Shown: positions 49,505 through 62,233 of the stretch, piece after piece
Layout of the letters: every line of letters begins with the position of its first letter
Numbering within the stretch: position 1 is the first letter of the stretch
Assembly (NCBI GenBank): GCA_036785375.1
Contig: JAWMAR010000077.1
Location: 1,550,001-1,614,000 of the forward strand
Source of the DNA: Leucoraja ocellata
Taxonomy: Eukaryota
DNA length: 64,000 bases
Direction of reading: 5' to 3'
The notes under the pieces: generated by a model
Database searches by the model: none
What the model was told of the DNA's origin: nothing
The model's input: the letters and a program-made list of their open reading frames with translations, nothing else
Program-made: the position numbers and the translations under genes

Positions 49505-50887
49505 TGTGATGTGCCTTAATGACTATCGACCTGTAGCACTAACACCTGTGGTGATGAATTGCTTTGAGAGGTTGATCATGGCACAAATCAACTTCTACCT
49601 CGACAAAAACCTGGACCCACTGCAGTTCGCTTACCGCCACAACGGATCAACGGTGGATGCGATCTCGCTGGCCCTCCACTCCGCTCTGGACCACTTGGAC
49701 AACAAAAACTCATATGTCAGGCTGTTATTCATTGATTAATGAATTGCTCGGCATTTAATACTATCATCCCCTCTAAGCTGGTTACCAAACTCGCAGAAAT
49801 GGGTCTCTGCGCATCCCTCTGTAATTGGATCCTCGACTTCCTCATTCACAGACCACAGTCTGTTCGTATTGGTGGGAATGTGTCAGCCTCGATAACAATC
49901 AGCATGGGAGCACCTCAAGGCTGCGTGCTCTGCCCCCTGCTGTACTCACTCTATACTCATGACTGCGTAGCCGGTCATAGTGCGAACTCCATCATCAAGT
50001 TCGCTGACGACACCACTGTTGTGGGACATATCACTGATGGGGATGAGTCAGAGTATAGAAGAGAGATCGAGCAACTGTCCATATGGTGCCAGCACAATAA
50101 CTTGGCCCTCAGCACCAACAAAACCAAGGAACTGATTGTGGACTTCGGAATGAGTAAGAGGGGGACCCACAGTCCCGTTTATATCAACGGGTCGATGGTT
50201 GAAAGGGTCAAGAGCTTCAAATTCCTGGGCGTGCACATCTCTGAAGATCTTTCCTGGTCCGAGAACACTGATGCAATTATCAAGAAAGCACATCAGCGCC
50301 TCTACTTCCTGAGAAGATTACGGAAAGTCGGTTTGTCAAGGAGGACTCTCTCTAACTTCTATAGGTGCACAGTAGAGAGCATGCTGACCGGTTGCATCGT
50401 GGCTTGGTTTCGGCAATTGAGCGCCCTGGAGAGGAAAAGACTTCAAAAAGTAGTAAACACTGCCTAGTCCATCATCAGCTCTGACCTTCCTTCCATCGAG
50501 GGGATTTATCGCAGTCGCTGCCTCAAAAAGGCTGGCAGTATCATCAAAGACCCACACGATCCTGGCCATACACTCACCTCCCTGCTACCTTCAGGTAGAA
50601 GGTACAGGAGCCTGAAGACTGCAACGACCAGGTTCAGGAATAGCTACTTCCCCACTGCCAGCAGGCTATTAAACCTGGCTCAGACAAAACTCTGAACATT
50701 AATAACCCATTATATGTTATTTGCACTTTAACAGTTTATTTATTCATGTGTGTGTATATTTATATAATGGCATATGGACACACTGATCTGTTTTGTAGTC
50801 AATGCCTATTATGTTCTATGCTGAAGCAAAGCAAGAATTTCATTGTCCTATCAGGGACACATGACAATAAACTCACTTGAACTTGAA
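49505..50887 (+). mobile_element. 5'-truncated Rex1/Babar LINE (same family as 24270-28735)
   Basis: [22 protein letters not shown]; AATAAA followed by CTTGAACTTGAA tail. Confidence 0.93.
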
Positions 50888-52521
50888 TTAGGCAAGTAGA
50901 GGGTATTCCAAGGCCTTTGAGTGTCTAGGGTCCCATTTCTGTGTTGTACAACTCTAGGTTCAGGTTTGGGTTTAGGTTTATTACTATCACCTGTACTGAA
51001 GTACAGTGAAAAGCTTTGTTCTGCAGGCTACCCAAACAGTTCACATATATCGTTTTCACACCTTACCCTTCCATATCTCTGTCTCCTCTCTCCTGACTCT
51101 CAGTCTCGACCCGAAATGTCACCCATTCCTTTTATCCAGAGATGCTGCCCGTCCTGCTGAGTTGCTCCAGCATTTTGTGTCTATGTTCAGATATATACTA
51201 TATATAAATACAGTTAAGCCAAACTCGAATACAATAGGTAGAGCACAGTAGAAGATACAGAGTGCAGCACATGATATACATGTGGCTTGTCTATGGTGGA
51301 AATATTTGGGGTATCGGGAGATTAGTAGGATACCAAGCTTCTCACTGGCCATATTGTCTATGTAAGTGTCTGGCCATACTATACATATTATATATGGATA
51401 CAGTCTGACTTAGCAGAGGTTAGGAAATTGAATATCAAGCGTAGGGAGTTGGATTTTCTCCATTCTCTGATGGTCATTGCCTGGCTCTTTTATGGCCAAT
51501 TACCTGGCACTTACCAGCCCATGATGAATGTTGGCATTTGTGACTCAAATGGAAATTTGCATTTTTATAAACAGTTTTTAGACATACGTCGTGGAAACAG
51601 ACCCGATGGTCCACCGAGTCCGCCCTGACACTTATACTACTTCTATCTTACACACTGGGGGCACAAACCTGCACGTCTTTGTGGGAATGTGGGAATATGG
51701 GAATACCGAGTACCCAGAGTAAACACATGCGATCACAGGGTACAATCAGTGATTTCTGACAACCACAACCATTTTACTTTGTGCAAGATAGGACTGTAAC
51801 CTCTGGCCCCTTTGATGCCCACAGACCAGTTTTACCTTGATACCTTCATCAGCTCAAATACTGACTGCTGGAGGAACCTGGCGGTTAGGTGGAGGCAGAT
51901 GGACACTCGATGAGACCCTTTCACAGTCTATGGAAAGGGGTTCAACCTGAAATGTTGGCTCTCCATTTCTCTCCACAGGTTTGCCTGACCCGCTGACAGC
52001 ATGTGAAATCGTTTGTGTCTCTTTGCGAAATGTTGCCAAGGAGATAGCTCCAGGATTGTGAACTTGTGACACTGGAGGGTCTCGACACGAAACGCCACCT
52101 ATTCCTTTTTCTCCTGTCTGACCTGCTGAGTTACTGCAGCCTTTTGTGTCAATGAAGGAAATATGTTTTATTTACAGGGCAGTCATTCCCGTCCGTTTCC
52201 AGTTCTTCCTCCAAAGTTTCCCAGTGCACTGATGCAAAAATATTTCTTGCGATCCCACAAAAAACACAGACTATATGTTTGGAATACAAAAGGCTAGGCA
52301 GCATCTATGGAGATAAATGGAGTTAATGCTTCAAACCTTTTCTTAGGCGCACTTAACCCCGAACTGTGAATGATGCTGCAGTAAGGTTTTCACCAAGGAA
52401 AATGGAAATTGGGGTTTGCAGAATACCCTATTTCTGGCTGTTTATTAACATCCAGCAGATACCATGGAAAATAAGATGAACGCAAATATGAGCTGGTTAA
52501 TGGTGTCAAATTTACAATGGC

Positions 52522-53208
52522 CTGCAGGTACAGCAGGCAGTGAAGAAAGCTAATGAAAGCTAACGTTGGCCTTCATAACAAGAGGACTTCAGTATAGGAG
52601 TAAAGAGGTTCTTCTGCAGTTGTATAGGTCTCTGGTGAGACCACATCTGGAGTATGGTGTACAGTTTTGGTCTCCTACTGTGAGGAAGGACATCCTTGTG
52701 ATTGAGGCAGTGCAGCGAAGGTTCACGTGATTGATCCATGGGATGGCGGGACTGTCATATGAGGAAAGTTTTAAAAGACTAGGCTTGTATTCACTGGAGT
52801 TTAGAAGGATGATGGAGGATCTTATAGAAACATATAAAATTATAAATGGACTGGACAAGCTAGATGCAGGAGAAATGGACCTAATATTGGGCAAGTCCAG
52901 AACCAGGGGCCACAGTCTTAGAATAAAAGGGAGGTCATTTAAGACTGAGGTGAGAAAAAAACTTTTTCTCCCAGAGAGTTGTGAATTTATGGAATTCTCT
53001 GCCACAGAGGGCAGTGGAGGCCAAATCACTGGATGGATTTAAGAGAGAGTTAGATAGAGCTCTAGCGGCTAGTGGAGTCAAGGGAAATGGGGAGAAGGCA
53101 GGCACGGGTTATTGATAGGTGACGATCAGTCATGATCACAATGAATGGCGGTGCTGGCTCGAAGGGCCGAATGGCCTCCTCCTGCACCTATTTTCTATGT
53201 TTCTATGT
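52522..53208 (+). mobile_element. CR1 3' fragment (related subfamily)
   Basis: GLYSLEFRRM..DLIETYKI; TTTCTATG tail. Confidence 0.88.
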
Positions 53209-53644
53209 CAATTTATATCAATGGATTAGTCTGGATTAATGGGTTGGATTTCTTTGCTCTTGACAGCTGGTAACATTCTTGCAAGAGTCCTGATTAACAG
53301 ACTGATCAGTCTCTTTGAGGGACGCCTATTCTAGAAAATCAGCGTGGTTTCTGTAAATGGTGTGAAACAATATACATGATCTTTATAGCAAGAGAATTCC
53401 AAGTGAAGTGGCGAGAACAAACTGTAGTTTGCTCACCACCTTTTTGAATGGTTTTCAACACTTTGTGTTGTGGGGACCCATAGAAGATCATAGCAAAGTA
53501 CGGAAACCCCAAAGGGTATGACGCTCTCTGCAATGATACAGAACTGGTGCTGCTCATTATAACCTAGAGGTCTTTAGCCAAAACTAAAATACGATAATCC
53601 ACTTTTTTTTTAAATGCTGATAACTGTGCTCTCAATACACTCAT

Positions 53645-54396
53645 TTTATCTGAATGGTGGCCGATTAGGAAAAGGGAAGATGCAACGAGACCTGGGTGTC
53701 TTGGTACACCACTCAATGAAAGTAGGCATGCAGGTGCAGCAGGCAGTGAAGAAAGCCAATTGTATGTTAGCATTCATAGCAAAAGGATTTGAGTATAAGA
53801 GCAGGGAGGTTCTACTACAGTTGTACAAGGTCTTGGTGAGACCATACCTGGAATATTGCGTACAGTTTTAGTTTCCTAATCTGAGGATGGACATTCTTGC
53901 CATAGACGGAATACAGAGAAGGTTCACCAGACTGATTCCTGGGATGTCAGGACTTTCATATGAAGAAAGACTGGATAGACTCAGCTTGTACTCGCTAGAA
54001 TTTAGAAGATCTTATAGAAACTTACAAAATTCTTAACGGGTTGGACAGGCTAGATGCAGGAAGATTGTTCCCGATGTTGGGGAAGTCCAGAACAAGGGGT
54101 CACAGTTTAAGGATAAAGGGGAAATCTTTTAGGACTGAGATGAGAAAAACATTTTTTACACAGAGAATGGTGAATCTCTGGAATTATCTGCCACATAATG
54201 TAGTTGAGGCCAGTTCATTGGCTATATTTAAGAGGGAGTTAGATGTGGCCCTTGTGGCTAAAGGGATCAGGGGGATATGGAGAAAGGGCAGGTACAGGAT
54301 ACTGAGTTGGACGGTCAGCCATGATCATATTGAATTGCGGTGCAAGCTCGAAGGGCTGAATGGCCTACTCCTGCACCTATTTTCTATGTTTCTATA
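53645..54396 (+). mobile_element. CR1 3' fragment (same family as 3140-7317)
   Basis: YLNGGRLGKG.MQRDLGV...; TTTCTATG tail. Confidence 0.9.
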
Positions 54397-54618
54397 TGCT
54401 GAAAAATAAATGCCCATTTTAGCAAGGCGAAACGCCCCAAGAGGTTCACGGTTGATCTCAAAATACAGTCAAACAGCCGACCAAAGTCATGGTTTTAAAG
54501 GCGGGAGTGGCTCAAGTGGTGGGGAGATTTAAGAGGGCAGGTGATGGGAATGGAATTCCCGTGCCACGATACACACGGCTGAGGCTCATCCACCGTCGGT
54601 GAGAAAGCTAATATCTCT

Positions 54619-54769
54619 TGTGTTTAAGAAGGAACTGCAGATGCTGGAAAATCGAAGGTACTCAAAAATGCTGGAGAAACTCAGCGGGTGCAGCAGCATC
54701 TATGGAGCGAAGGATTAGGCAACGTTTCGGGCCGAAACCCTTGGCATCGCTCCATAGATGCTGCTGCAC
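54619..54769 (-). mobile_element. Penelope terminal-repeat insertion with short inverted arm, 14-bp TSD
   Basis: TSD AAGCTAATATCTCT at 54605-54618 and 54770-54783. Confidence 0.9.
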
Positions 54770-54899
54770 AAGCTAATATCTCTGTTGTGAAATTATTCCA
54801 ATCGCCCATGGTCATTGTTTGCATGAATCTTTGGCGTTGAGTAATTCGCAAGAAGGTGCATTAGGAGTCCCTACCTGGAAGAACCAATGAAGTTCTTGC

Positions 54900-55188
54900 A
54901 CAGATTAATCACTAACCAAGCATTTGACGTACCTCTTCTTCCGGGACCATGCGCTCCAATTGGAAACGGTTCACCTGCATTTCAGCAGCATTGAGATCAT
55001 ACACGGAGTCCGCGGCCGCTGTTCGTTGTTAGTCAACAGTGCTAACCACGTCAGGGAGGAAATATTTCAACGTCTCTCGCAGTCGGTTTAAAGCCGACAC
55101 ATCTGGTGACAGCAGGAGTGTCGAGACGTTATCCGCTCCATTTCCACGAACCAGCGAATCCACTCAGCTGGAGCGGTAAAGCAAAGCC
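54900..55188 (+). promoter_or_regulatory. Putative TCR V promoter
   Basis: CRE-like TGACGT (54925) and ACGTCA (55048), ETS GAGGAAAT (55057), E-boxes CACCTG/CATCTG/CAGCTG, TTTAAA at about 55087. Confidence 0.5.
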
Positions 55189-55237
55189 ATGCGTGCGGAG
55201 ATCGCAGCTCCCTTGCTGCTCCTGGCCTTCTCCTTCT
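55189..55237 (+). CDS. TRGV: T-cell receptor V leader exon
   Basis: GCCATG; MRAEIAAPLLLLAFSF plus T|GTAGGT; 49 nt, phase 1, in frame with the V exon after an 80-nt intron. Confidence 0.85.
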
Positions 55238-55317
55238 GTAGGTAGTTCAGGTTTGGCTCATTTTAAGGTTCATGTTATCCCAAAAGGTCGGTAGTAACTG
55301 CGGTATTCCTTCAACAG

Positions 55318-55633
55318 GCTGCTGCCCTTCCCAGTCTCTACTCCAGCTAAAAGCATCAAACACCAGATCGAAAGGGAAGACGGCACGCTTTCGCTGCGTC
55401 ATTAACACCGAGAATGATTTCGACGGTCTGCAGGTGCATTGGTACCGAAACGCCGTGAGCGGAGGCATGCAGCGCATCCTGTACATCAGCGTGAAATCCG
55501 AGCCAGTCAGGGACCCGGGCTTCGGCGACAAATTCTTCGCTGAAAATTTGTCGAAGGAGAATGCGAGCCTGTTGGACATCAGAGACATAGACGAGAGCGA
55601 CGCGGGGGACTACTACTGTGCTCATTGGAAGAG
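55318..55633 (+). CDS. TRGV: Germline T-cell receptor gamma variable segment, V exon
   Basis: caacag|; QSLLQ...GKTARFRC...VHWYR...QRILY...DPGFGDKF...DESDAGDYYCAHWK; HWY and YYCAxW are gamma-type signatures; followed by a 23-RSS. Confidence 0.85.
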
Positions 55634-55672
55634 CACAGTGATACAACGCCGCGGGAGCCCAGATCAAATACT
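55634..55672 (+). other. Recombination signal sequence (23-RSS)
   Basis: CACAGTG (55634-40), 23-nt spacer, TCAAATACT (55664-72; consensus ACAAAAACC). Confidence 0.9.
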
Positions 55673-57199
55673 CAGCGCAGAGCCGAGGCTGCAGCTTGCC
55701 ACACAACGTTGCTGTGTTGTTACAGTCGCTCGAGTCAGGTTAAACCGGCTGTCCATTATTCCCGTCTCAATTGTTCAATCCAATTACCAATTCAGGTTCC
55801 AGATATTTGAGAGGGAGAACCGCATGCCGCCGAGACGCTGCCGCATATTAACCCTGGAAACTGGACAGAGGCCTAACAACACATGAACACGCTGGATAAA
55901 CTGAGGGTCCCTCTTCATGCCCAGCCACCTTTGTGTCCTGGGGTACTACAGCCGATCTGTACTCTCTAGGCGCTGGAGGCAACTTCCCGGTTCACCCTTC
56001 CATCGATCTTGACGCCTTGCGTCCGACTACTCCTGATCCCTCTCGTTAACTTTGTCTGCCGAGCCTTCGAGCGGGTTCCCCAACAAGCTCTTGGACGAGG
56101 TCCCAATTTCGCCGAACGATGAGCGTTCAGACGAGTTCCCGCCGACCGCGAGTTCCCCCTGACCGCGAGCCTTGGGAGGAATTGCAACAATTTGGGGGCA
56201 GGTTCCTGGTCTCCTGCCGACGAGCCTAAGGCACATGTTGCGGCCGAGGCAGCTCTGGAGGGACAATTTTATAGGGAGGTTGCACGCAGTCGAGGATCAC
56301 GACCCGTGACCCGTACTGTTGCCACGCACCGCCAACTGGCATACACGCGATGAACTGCAGGTAGGCATTTACTATGGCTGCCAGCACAGTGGGATTTTCT
56401 TCTGTCCCAGCATCCGGACTGGTTGCACACTCGCTGACCCCGGGCTGTCTATCCCCGCGGCCCGGGGGGAGGAAGAGGTCGGGGTGTCGGTGCAGTGACT
56501 CTGGGTGGACGGAGGGAGCACACCGTCCCCAACCTTGCTGCAGCTGACACTGCCCAGAGCCACGGCCCCACCTCATCCAGCCCCACCCCACCCGGCCCCG
56601 GCCCCGCTCCATGTGTGTGGGCACTGCCGACTCACAGCCCCTGACAATGCGGCCCACAGGGGGAGACATGGCCGGACAGCGCTGAGAGTGGGGTCTGCCC
56701 CGAGGGATGCGCTCCTTCGGCCTCTTACACCTTGGTGCTCGGGTTCAGACTTGGTGCTCTGACTTTGAGTTCACTTTATTTAGCGAAGGCTTATCGAGAT
56801 GGTGCTGTTTCTCTGGACACCACAATGAATGCGGCTATTAGTCGCGGATTGTAAAATACGCTACACCATGAGATAACACCAGTTTAAACATGATGCCTTC
56901 CCGCACCGCCAATTATTTACAGCGCAAAAAATGATCATTTTGGCGGTTTTTAACAGGAAAGAAAGTACGCGTTTCGTGCGTTAACAGTGTATGCTGAGGC
57001 CGCCATGTCCTCCACATGGATTGCGTTGCTTCTTGCATCACGCCCTTTGACCCGATTACCTTACGCGCAACCCCCTTATAGAAGCCAATACTCTATAAAT
57101 CTGCACGCCTTTGGAATATGAGAGGAAAACGGAGCAACTGGAGAAAACCTATGCGGTCACAGTGCGAATGTGGAAACTCCATACAGACAGGAACAAACC

Positions 57200-57400
57200 C
57201 CGGTCCCTACTTTCTCCCTTTCTCAACTCTCCCTCAGCCCACTGGCTCCTCCTCTTCCTTTCTTCTTCCGCCCCCCCCCCCCCCCCCCCCCCACCATCAC
57301 ATCAGTCTGAAGAAGGGTTTCGACCCAAAACGTTGCCTATTTCCTTCGCTCCATAGATGCTGCCTCACCCGCTGAGTTTCTCCTGCATGTTTGTCTACCA
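57200..57400 (+). mobile_element. Penelope terminal fragment with mutated hammerhead core
   Basis: CTGAAGA-A-GGGTTTCGACCC-AAAACGTT (G of GAAA changed to A). Confidence 0.8.
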
Positions 57401-59399
57401 CAGGATTTATGTTCCTTTTTTTGATTGATTGAAAGATACAGCTTGGAAACAGTACCTTTGGCTCGCCAAGTCCTCGCTGACCGATCACCCAATCACACAA
57501 GTATGTGTTATTCCACACACTCACCCACTTCCTACACACTAGAGGTATTGCAGAGGCCAATAAGCGAGTTCAGTATTTCGACTGCGCATGCCCAGGTCAT
57601 AGGTCAGTCGCGATAAACATTTTCAGCAGCTGAACTGCTGCGTGTTAACTGCGTGTGATGGGACACTGGCCTGGAGTAGTGGCGGCCCCAGGCTTACAGT
57701 CAGGGCTATCTCCAGATCAACTCTGCTCCAACTCCCGAGGAAACCGTTCCCCGATGGGCTGGGGACCATCTGCTGCATCTCTCACCTTATCCGGTGGCTG
57801 TCGGTTGACCCCCTCGGTGCTGGCGAAAACCGAGCACCTGTCATCAACGGGGATTCGCACAAAATACTGCAGTAACTCAGCGGGTCAGGCAACATCTCTG
57901 GAGAAGGGTCTCGACCCGAACAGCATCCTTTTCTCCAAAGATGCTGCCTGTCCCGCTGAGTTACTCCAATACGTTGTGTCTACCTTCGCTGTAAACTAGC
58001 ATCTGCAGTTCCTTCTGACAGAGCGACGCCTGTCCATGGGTAAATGCGAGGCAGCAGAGAGAGAGATGGGGACAGGGATGGGAAGAGAGATGGGGAGAGA
58101 GGAACTCTCTCTCGCGGCTTCACTGCAGGTCCTGGACGCCCCGTCTCCGCAAGAACTCCCCGGCACTAGGACAATCCCATCCCCAAACACATTCCCCCCC
58201 CACCCCGGACTGAAGGGAGGAACTGGGGGACATTGCCCGCCTCTGCAACCGACGTGCAAACCCCGGCACTCACCGTGGATTGTTAAACTAAACACATCTG
58301 TGAGCAAAACACAAACATGCACATCTTTTACCCCCCTTCTCTTTCCCCTACCTCTCACCATCTCTCCGCTGGTCCAGTCTCTCCCCCTGTCTCCCACTCG
58401 CATGTGCCCCCTCTCTCTCGCTGGTACACCCCGCTCTCCCGCTACCTGGCAGCCCCATTCGCATTTTTTTTTCTCTAATGACTTTGAGAAATCCCACGAT
58501 TCCTTGCATTTTTCGGAATACCGAACTTGTTTATTAAACAAGCTCGCATATCATTAGGACGTGGTAGGAAACTGGAACACCCGGAGGAAATCCATGCAGT
58601 CACTGGGAGACTGTGCAAACTCCACACAGTTGAACCCGGGTCTGTGGCATCTTGAGGCTGCAGCTTTATCAGCTGCACCGTTTGTTTGTGGTCTCTCTCT
58701 AATTGCTATCTATCATTAATCTATGAACCACGTATATGTCAACAGTTTGTCCACACAGCTACTCCTCTGGTGGGGAAATGATTTATCACCCAGTCTGTGG
58801 TTGGAATCTAGAAGGCGCTGACAGTGTGTGTTTGGGGTGGGGCGGGTTCCACTGTGGCCTTTGAGAGGGAATTGGATCAATACATGGTGCTGTTAAAATT
58901 TGCAAAAATACTGAGGGGCCAGGAGGTGGAACCAGCTGATGGATAATTGGCACAGACACGATGGGACAAATAGTCTCATGCTGTGCTATAACTATTCTAT
59001 AATTCTGTCAGAGATATTCTCTTTGTCCTTTCCCTCCCTTTCCCAGTCTCACTGCAGTTTAACTTGTTCTCTCAACTTCTTAGTTCTGAAGAAGTGTCTG
59101 ATTTGAAACATTACTTTTTGTTCCCTTTCCACAGATGCAGTCTGAACCATTGGCTGTTTCTAGCATTTTCAGTTTTGGTTTCAAATTCCAACATTTGCAT
59201 TTTTCTTTGATTATTTTTTCATGTGCAAAAATGAGAACTAGTCTGAACCCGGTGATCGATGGTTGGTGTGGATTCAGTGAGCCAATGTTTCCATGCTGTG
59301 TCCTTCAATTCAATCAGTCATGACTCATTTAATCAAGGAGGGCTCAAGAATCAGGGCACAAATTTAATATTTACGAAAAGATTTACGAGGATGTTCCAC

Positions 59400-59860
59400 C
59401 TAAAGGCATGAGCTGAGGGCATGAGCTATATGGAAAGGATGGGCAGACCAGGACTTTAATCCTTGGAGCACAGGAGGCTGAGGGGTGATCTTTTAAACGT
59501 GTATAAGATCTTGAGGGGATTGGATGGGGTGAAAGCACAGAGTATTTTATCCAAGGTAGAGGAAATCAAGAACCGGGGGACATAGGATTAAGGGGAGAGG
59601 GGAAGATTTAATAAGAATCTGGGGGCAACTTTTCCCACACAGATGATGGTGGGTATCCAGAAAGAGCTGTCAGAGGCGATAGTTAAGGCAAGTACTACAA
59701 CAAAATGTAAAACGTCAGGTTGGATAGGAAAGGTACACAGACAGGAAAACTTTAGAGGGATATTGGCCAAACGTGGGCAGGTGGGACTGGCGTAGATGGG
59801 GCATCTTGGTCGGCAGGGGAAAGTTGGGCTGAAGGGCCTGTTTCCAGGCTTTTAATCTCT
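59400..59860 (+). mobile_element. Old CR1 3' fragment
   Basis: AGGAGGCTGAGGGGTGATCT...GGGCTGAAGGGCCTGTTTCC. Confidence 0.7.
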
Positions 59861-59917
59861 GACTATTTAGGCAAAAGATAGAATAGGAATGTCAGGGACA
59901 AACATATATATTTACAC

Positions 59918-60240
59918 TCCTCCATGGCCACAGCGAGCAGCACCGGAAATTGGAGGAACAGCACCTCATATTCCGTTTGGGGAGTCTACACCCCCGGGGC
60001 ATGAACATCGAATTCTCCCAATTCTGTTAGTCCTTGCTGTCTCCTCCCCTTCCTCAGCTCCCCTACTATCTCCTCCCACCCTCCAGCCTTCTGGCTACTC
60101 CTCCTTTTCCCTTTCTTGTCCCGACCCACCCCCACCCCCGATCAGTCTGAAGAAGGGTTTCGGCCCGAAACGTTGCCTATTTCCTTCGCTCCATAGATGC
60201 TGCTGCACCCGCTGAGTTTCTCCAGCTTTTCTGTGTAACC
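59918..60240 (+). mobile_element. Young Penelope 3' fragment with hammerhead motif (60147-60174), 13-bp TSD
   Basis: TSD TATATATTTACAC at 59905-59917 and 60241-60253. Confidence 0.9.
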
Positions 60241-60810
60241 TATATATTTACACAGAGCATCATTATATTCTAAGATTCACTGCCCACGTGGGTGGTGGAA
60301 ATGTTAGTCAATGCTTTCTCAATCAATTTCTAGACTTCAGATTTCTAGCATTCACTGTTTGTTTTAATCTTTAAAAATGGAATCAGATGGATACCTGACC
60401 CAAGGATCTTGGCCTAGGCCTGGGCTATTTTAGTTCAACTTTATCTGAGAAGGTTAATGAAATGCAGTCAACCTTTGAAAATAAGTGATTTTTCAAAATC
60501 GAAGTCAAGTGAAAAAGTTAAAAATCTGCACACTCGGAAAATCTGAAATAAAATTAGGAAATGTTGGCAATGCTCAGCAGTTCAGGCAGCACCCCTGGAG
60601 TGAGAAACAGTTAACCTTTTGAGTTAAAACCTTCATCAGGAGTTGGGAAAAGAGAAACAAGTGCTTCAGATCCAGTGACCATGTAAACAATAAATCACAT
60701 TTATGCAGGCCCACTACGTAGAAGACTCCGATCGGGCTTTCGCAGGAATTCAACTTAAAATACCAGAACATGCAGGTTCAAAACAAGTGCAGAGGAATGA
60801 AGTGCAGATG

Positions 60811-60949
60811 AAGTGCAGTCTGAAGAAGGGTTTTGGCCCGAAACGTCGCCTATTTCCTTCGCTCCATAGATGCTGCTGCACCCGCTGAGTTTCTCCAGCA
60901 TTTTTCTGTACCTTCGATCTTCCAGCATCTGCAGTTCCTTCTTGAAAAC
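60811..60949 (+). mobile_element. Penelope terminal repeat with hammerhead motif (60820-60847), 15-bp TSD
   Basis: TSD AATGAAGTGCAGATG at 60796-60810 and 60950-60964. Confidence 0.9.
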
Positions 60950-62233
60950 AATGAAGTGCAGATGCTGGTTTACACCAAAGACAATCATTAAATACTGCAG
61001 TAATTCAGCGGGTCAGGCAGCATCTCTGGATAAAGAAATAGGTGATGATTTTGGGCTGAAGCTGTGCTGAACTACTGTCTATTTCACTGGTGACCCTCAA
61101 ACTATCCTTGATCGGATTGTTCTGGCTTTACCTTGCACTAAACGTTATTCCCTTATCAGGTATCTACACACTAAATGGCTCCATTGTAATCATGCATTAT
61201 ATTTCCGCTGACAGAATAGCACGCAACAAAAGCTTTTCACTGCATCTCAGTACACGTGACAAAAAACAAAATTAAACTGAACTGACCCAAAAGGTCACCT
61301 ATTCCTTTTCTCCTGAGATGCTGCCTGGCCGGCTGAGTTACTCTAGCATTTTGTGACTATCTTAGGCTTTCCCATACACCCCCTCAGCCCCCTCATTACC
61401 TCTTTAGGCTCCTCCTCCCCCTTTCCTGGTTCCATTCACATACTCCCACGCACAGGGTCCCCTCATCATCTAGTTCCATCTGCTTTTCACCTCTCCCCAT
61501 TATCACCTTCTTTACTTATCTGTTTCCAATGTCCAGTCTTTGTGTGGTCGCTTGTCACCCTCTGGCCTCTGTCTTCAGCTTCACCCTCCTCTCCCTCCAT
61601 TTGGCTCCATCCATCCTCTTTCTCATTGCCTGTATCCACGCACGTCTGTCTCCCAATTTAACCCCTCCCCATATGGCTTCATCTTCCCGTCAAAGGTTCT
61701 CCCAACTTCAGGCTACCTATCATCCACTAGTCCGTATCTCGCCTTCCCCCTTCCTCTTCTATCGTCTCTCTCAGTCCTGCTGTAGGTTCGCCACACGAAA
61801 AGTTGCCCTCCCCCCCCGCCCGCCCGCCCTAGCTGCTCCACACAGTTCCTCCAGCTATTAATAGTTGCAGAGGGAAGTGAGTCTCCGGAATTCTCTGCCC
61901 ATTTAGAGGTAGACACAATTTGGAAAGAAATGTTTGAAAAGCAGTTAGATATTGCTCTAGGTTCCAGCGTCTGTAACCTTTGGTGTCCAAATTGAGCATT
62001 TGCGTCTACTACCCTCCCCCTAACCACAGCCTAACAAAACGTTGGGTTAATTCCATTAGTCAAAACACGGTTTCGAAGGTTGCAATCTCACACCCCAGTG
62101 TAGGAGTATGACCAGTTTTAGAAGCAGGAGCAACTGTAGGAACTGGAACTGGAGCAAGAGCAGCTGTTGGTGCAGGAGCATGAGTGGGAACAGCGGTAGG
62201 AGCAGGAACTGCAGTTGCCGTAGGAGTAAACCT

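Noticed and set aside
55318-55633. Immunoglobulin VH or VL call
   Set aside because: HWY and YYCAxW signatures and SFRP4 linkage favour TCR gamma; not excluded without phylogeny
55272-55886. 204-aa ORF as a single-exon Ig-superfamily protein
   Set aside because: It starts inside the leader intron and reads through the RSS; the structure is leader, intron, V, RSS
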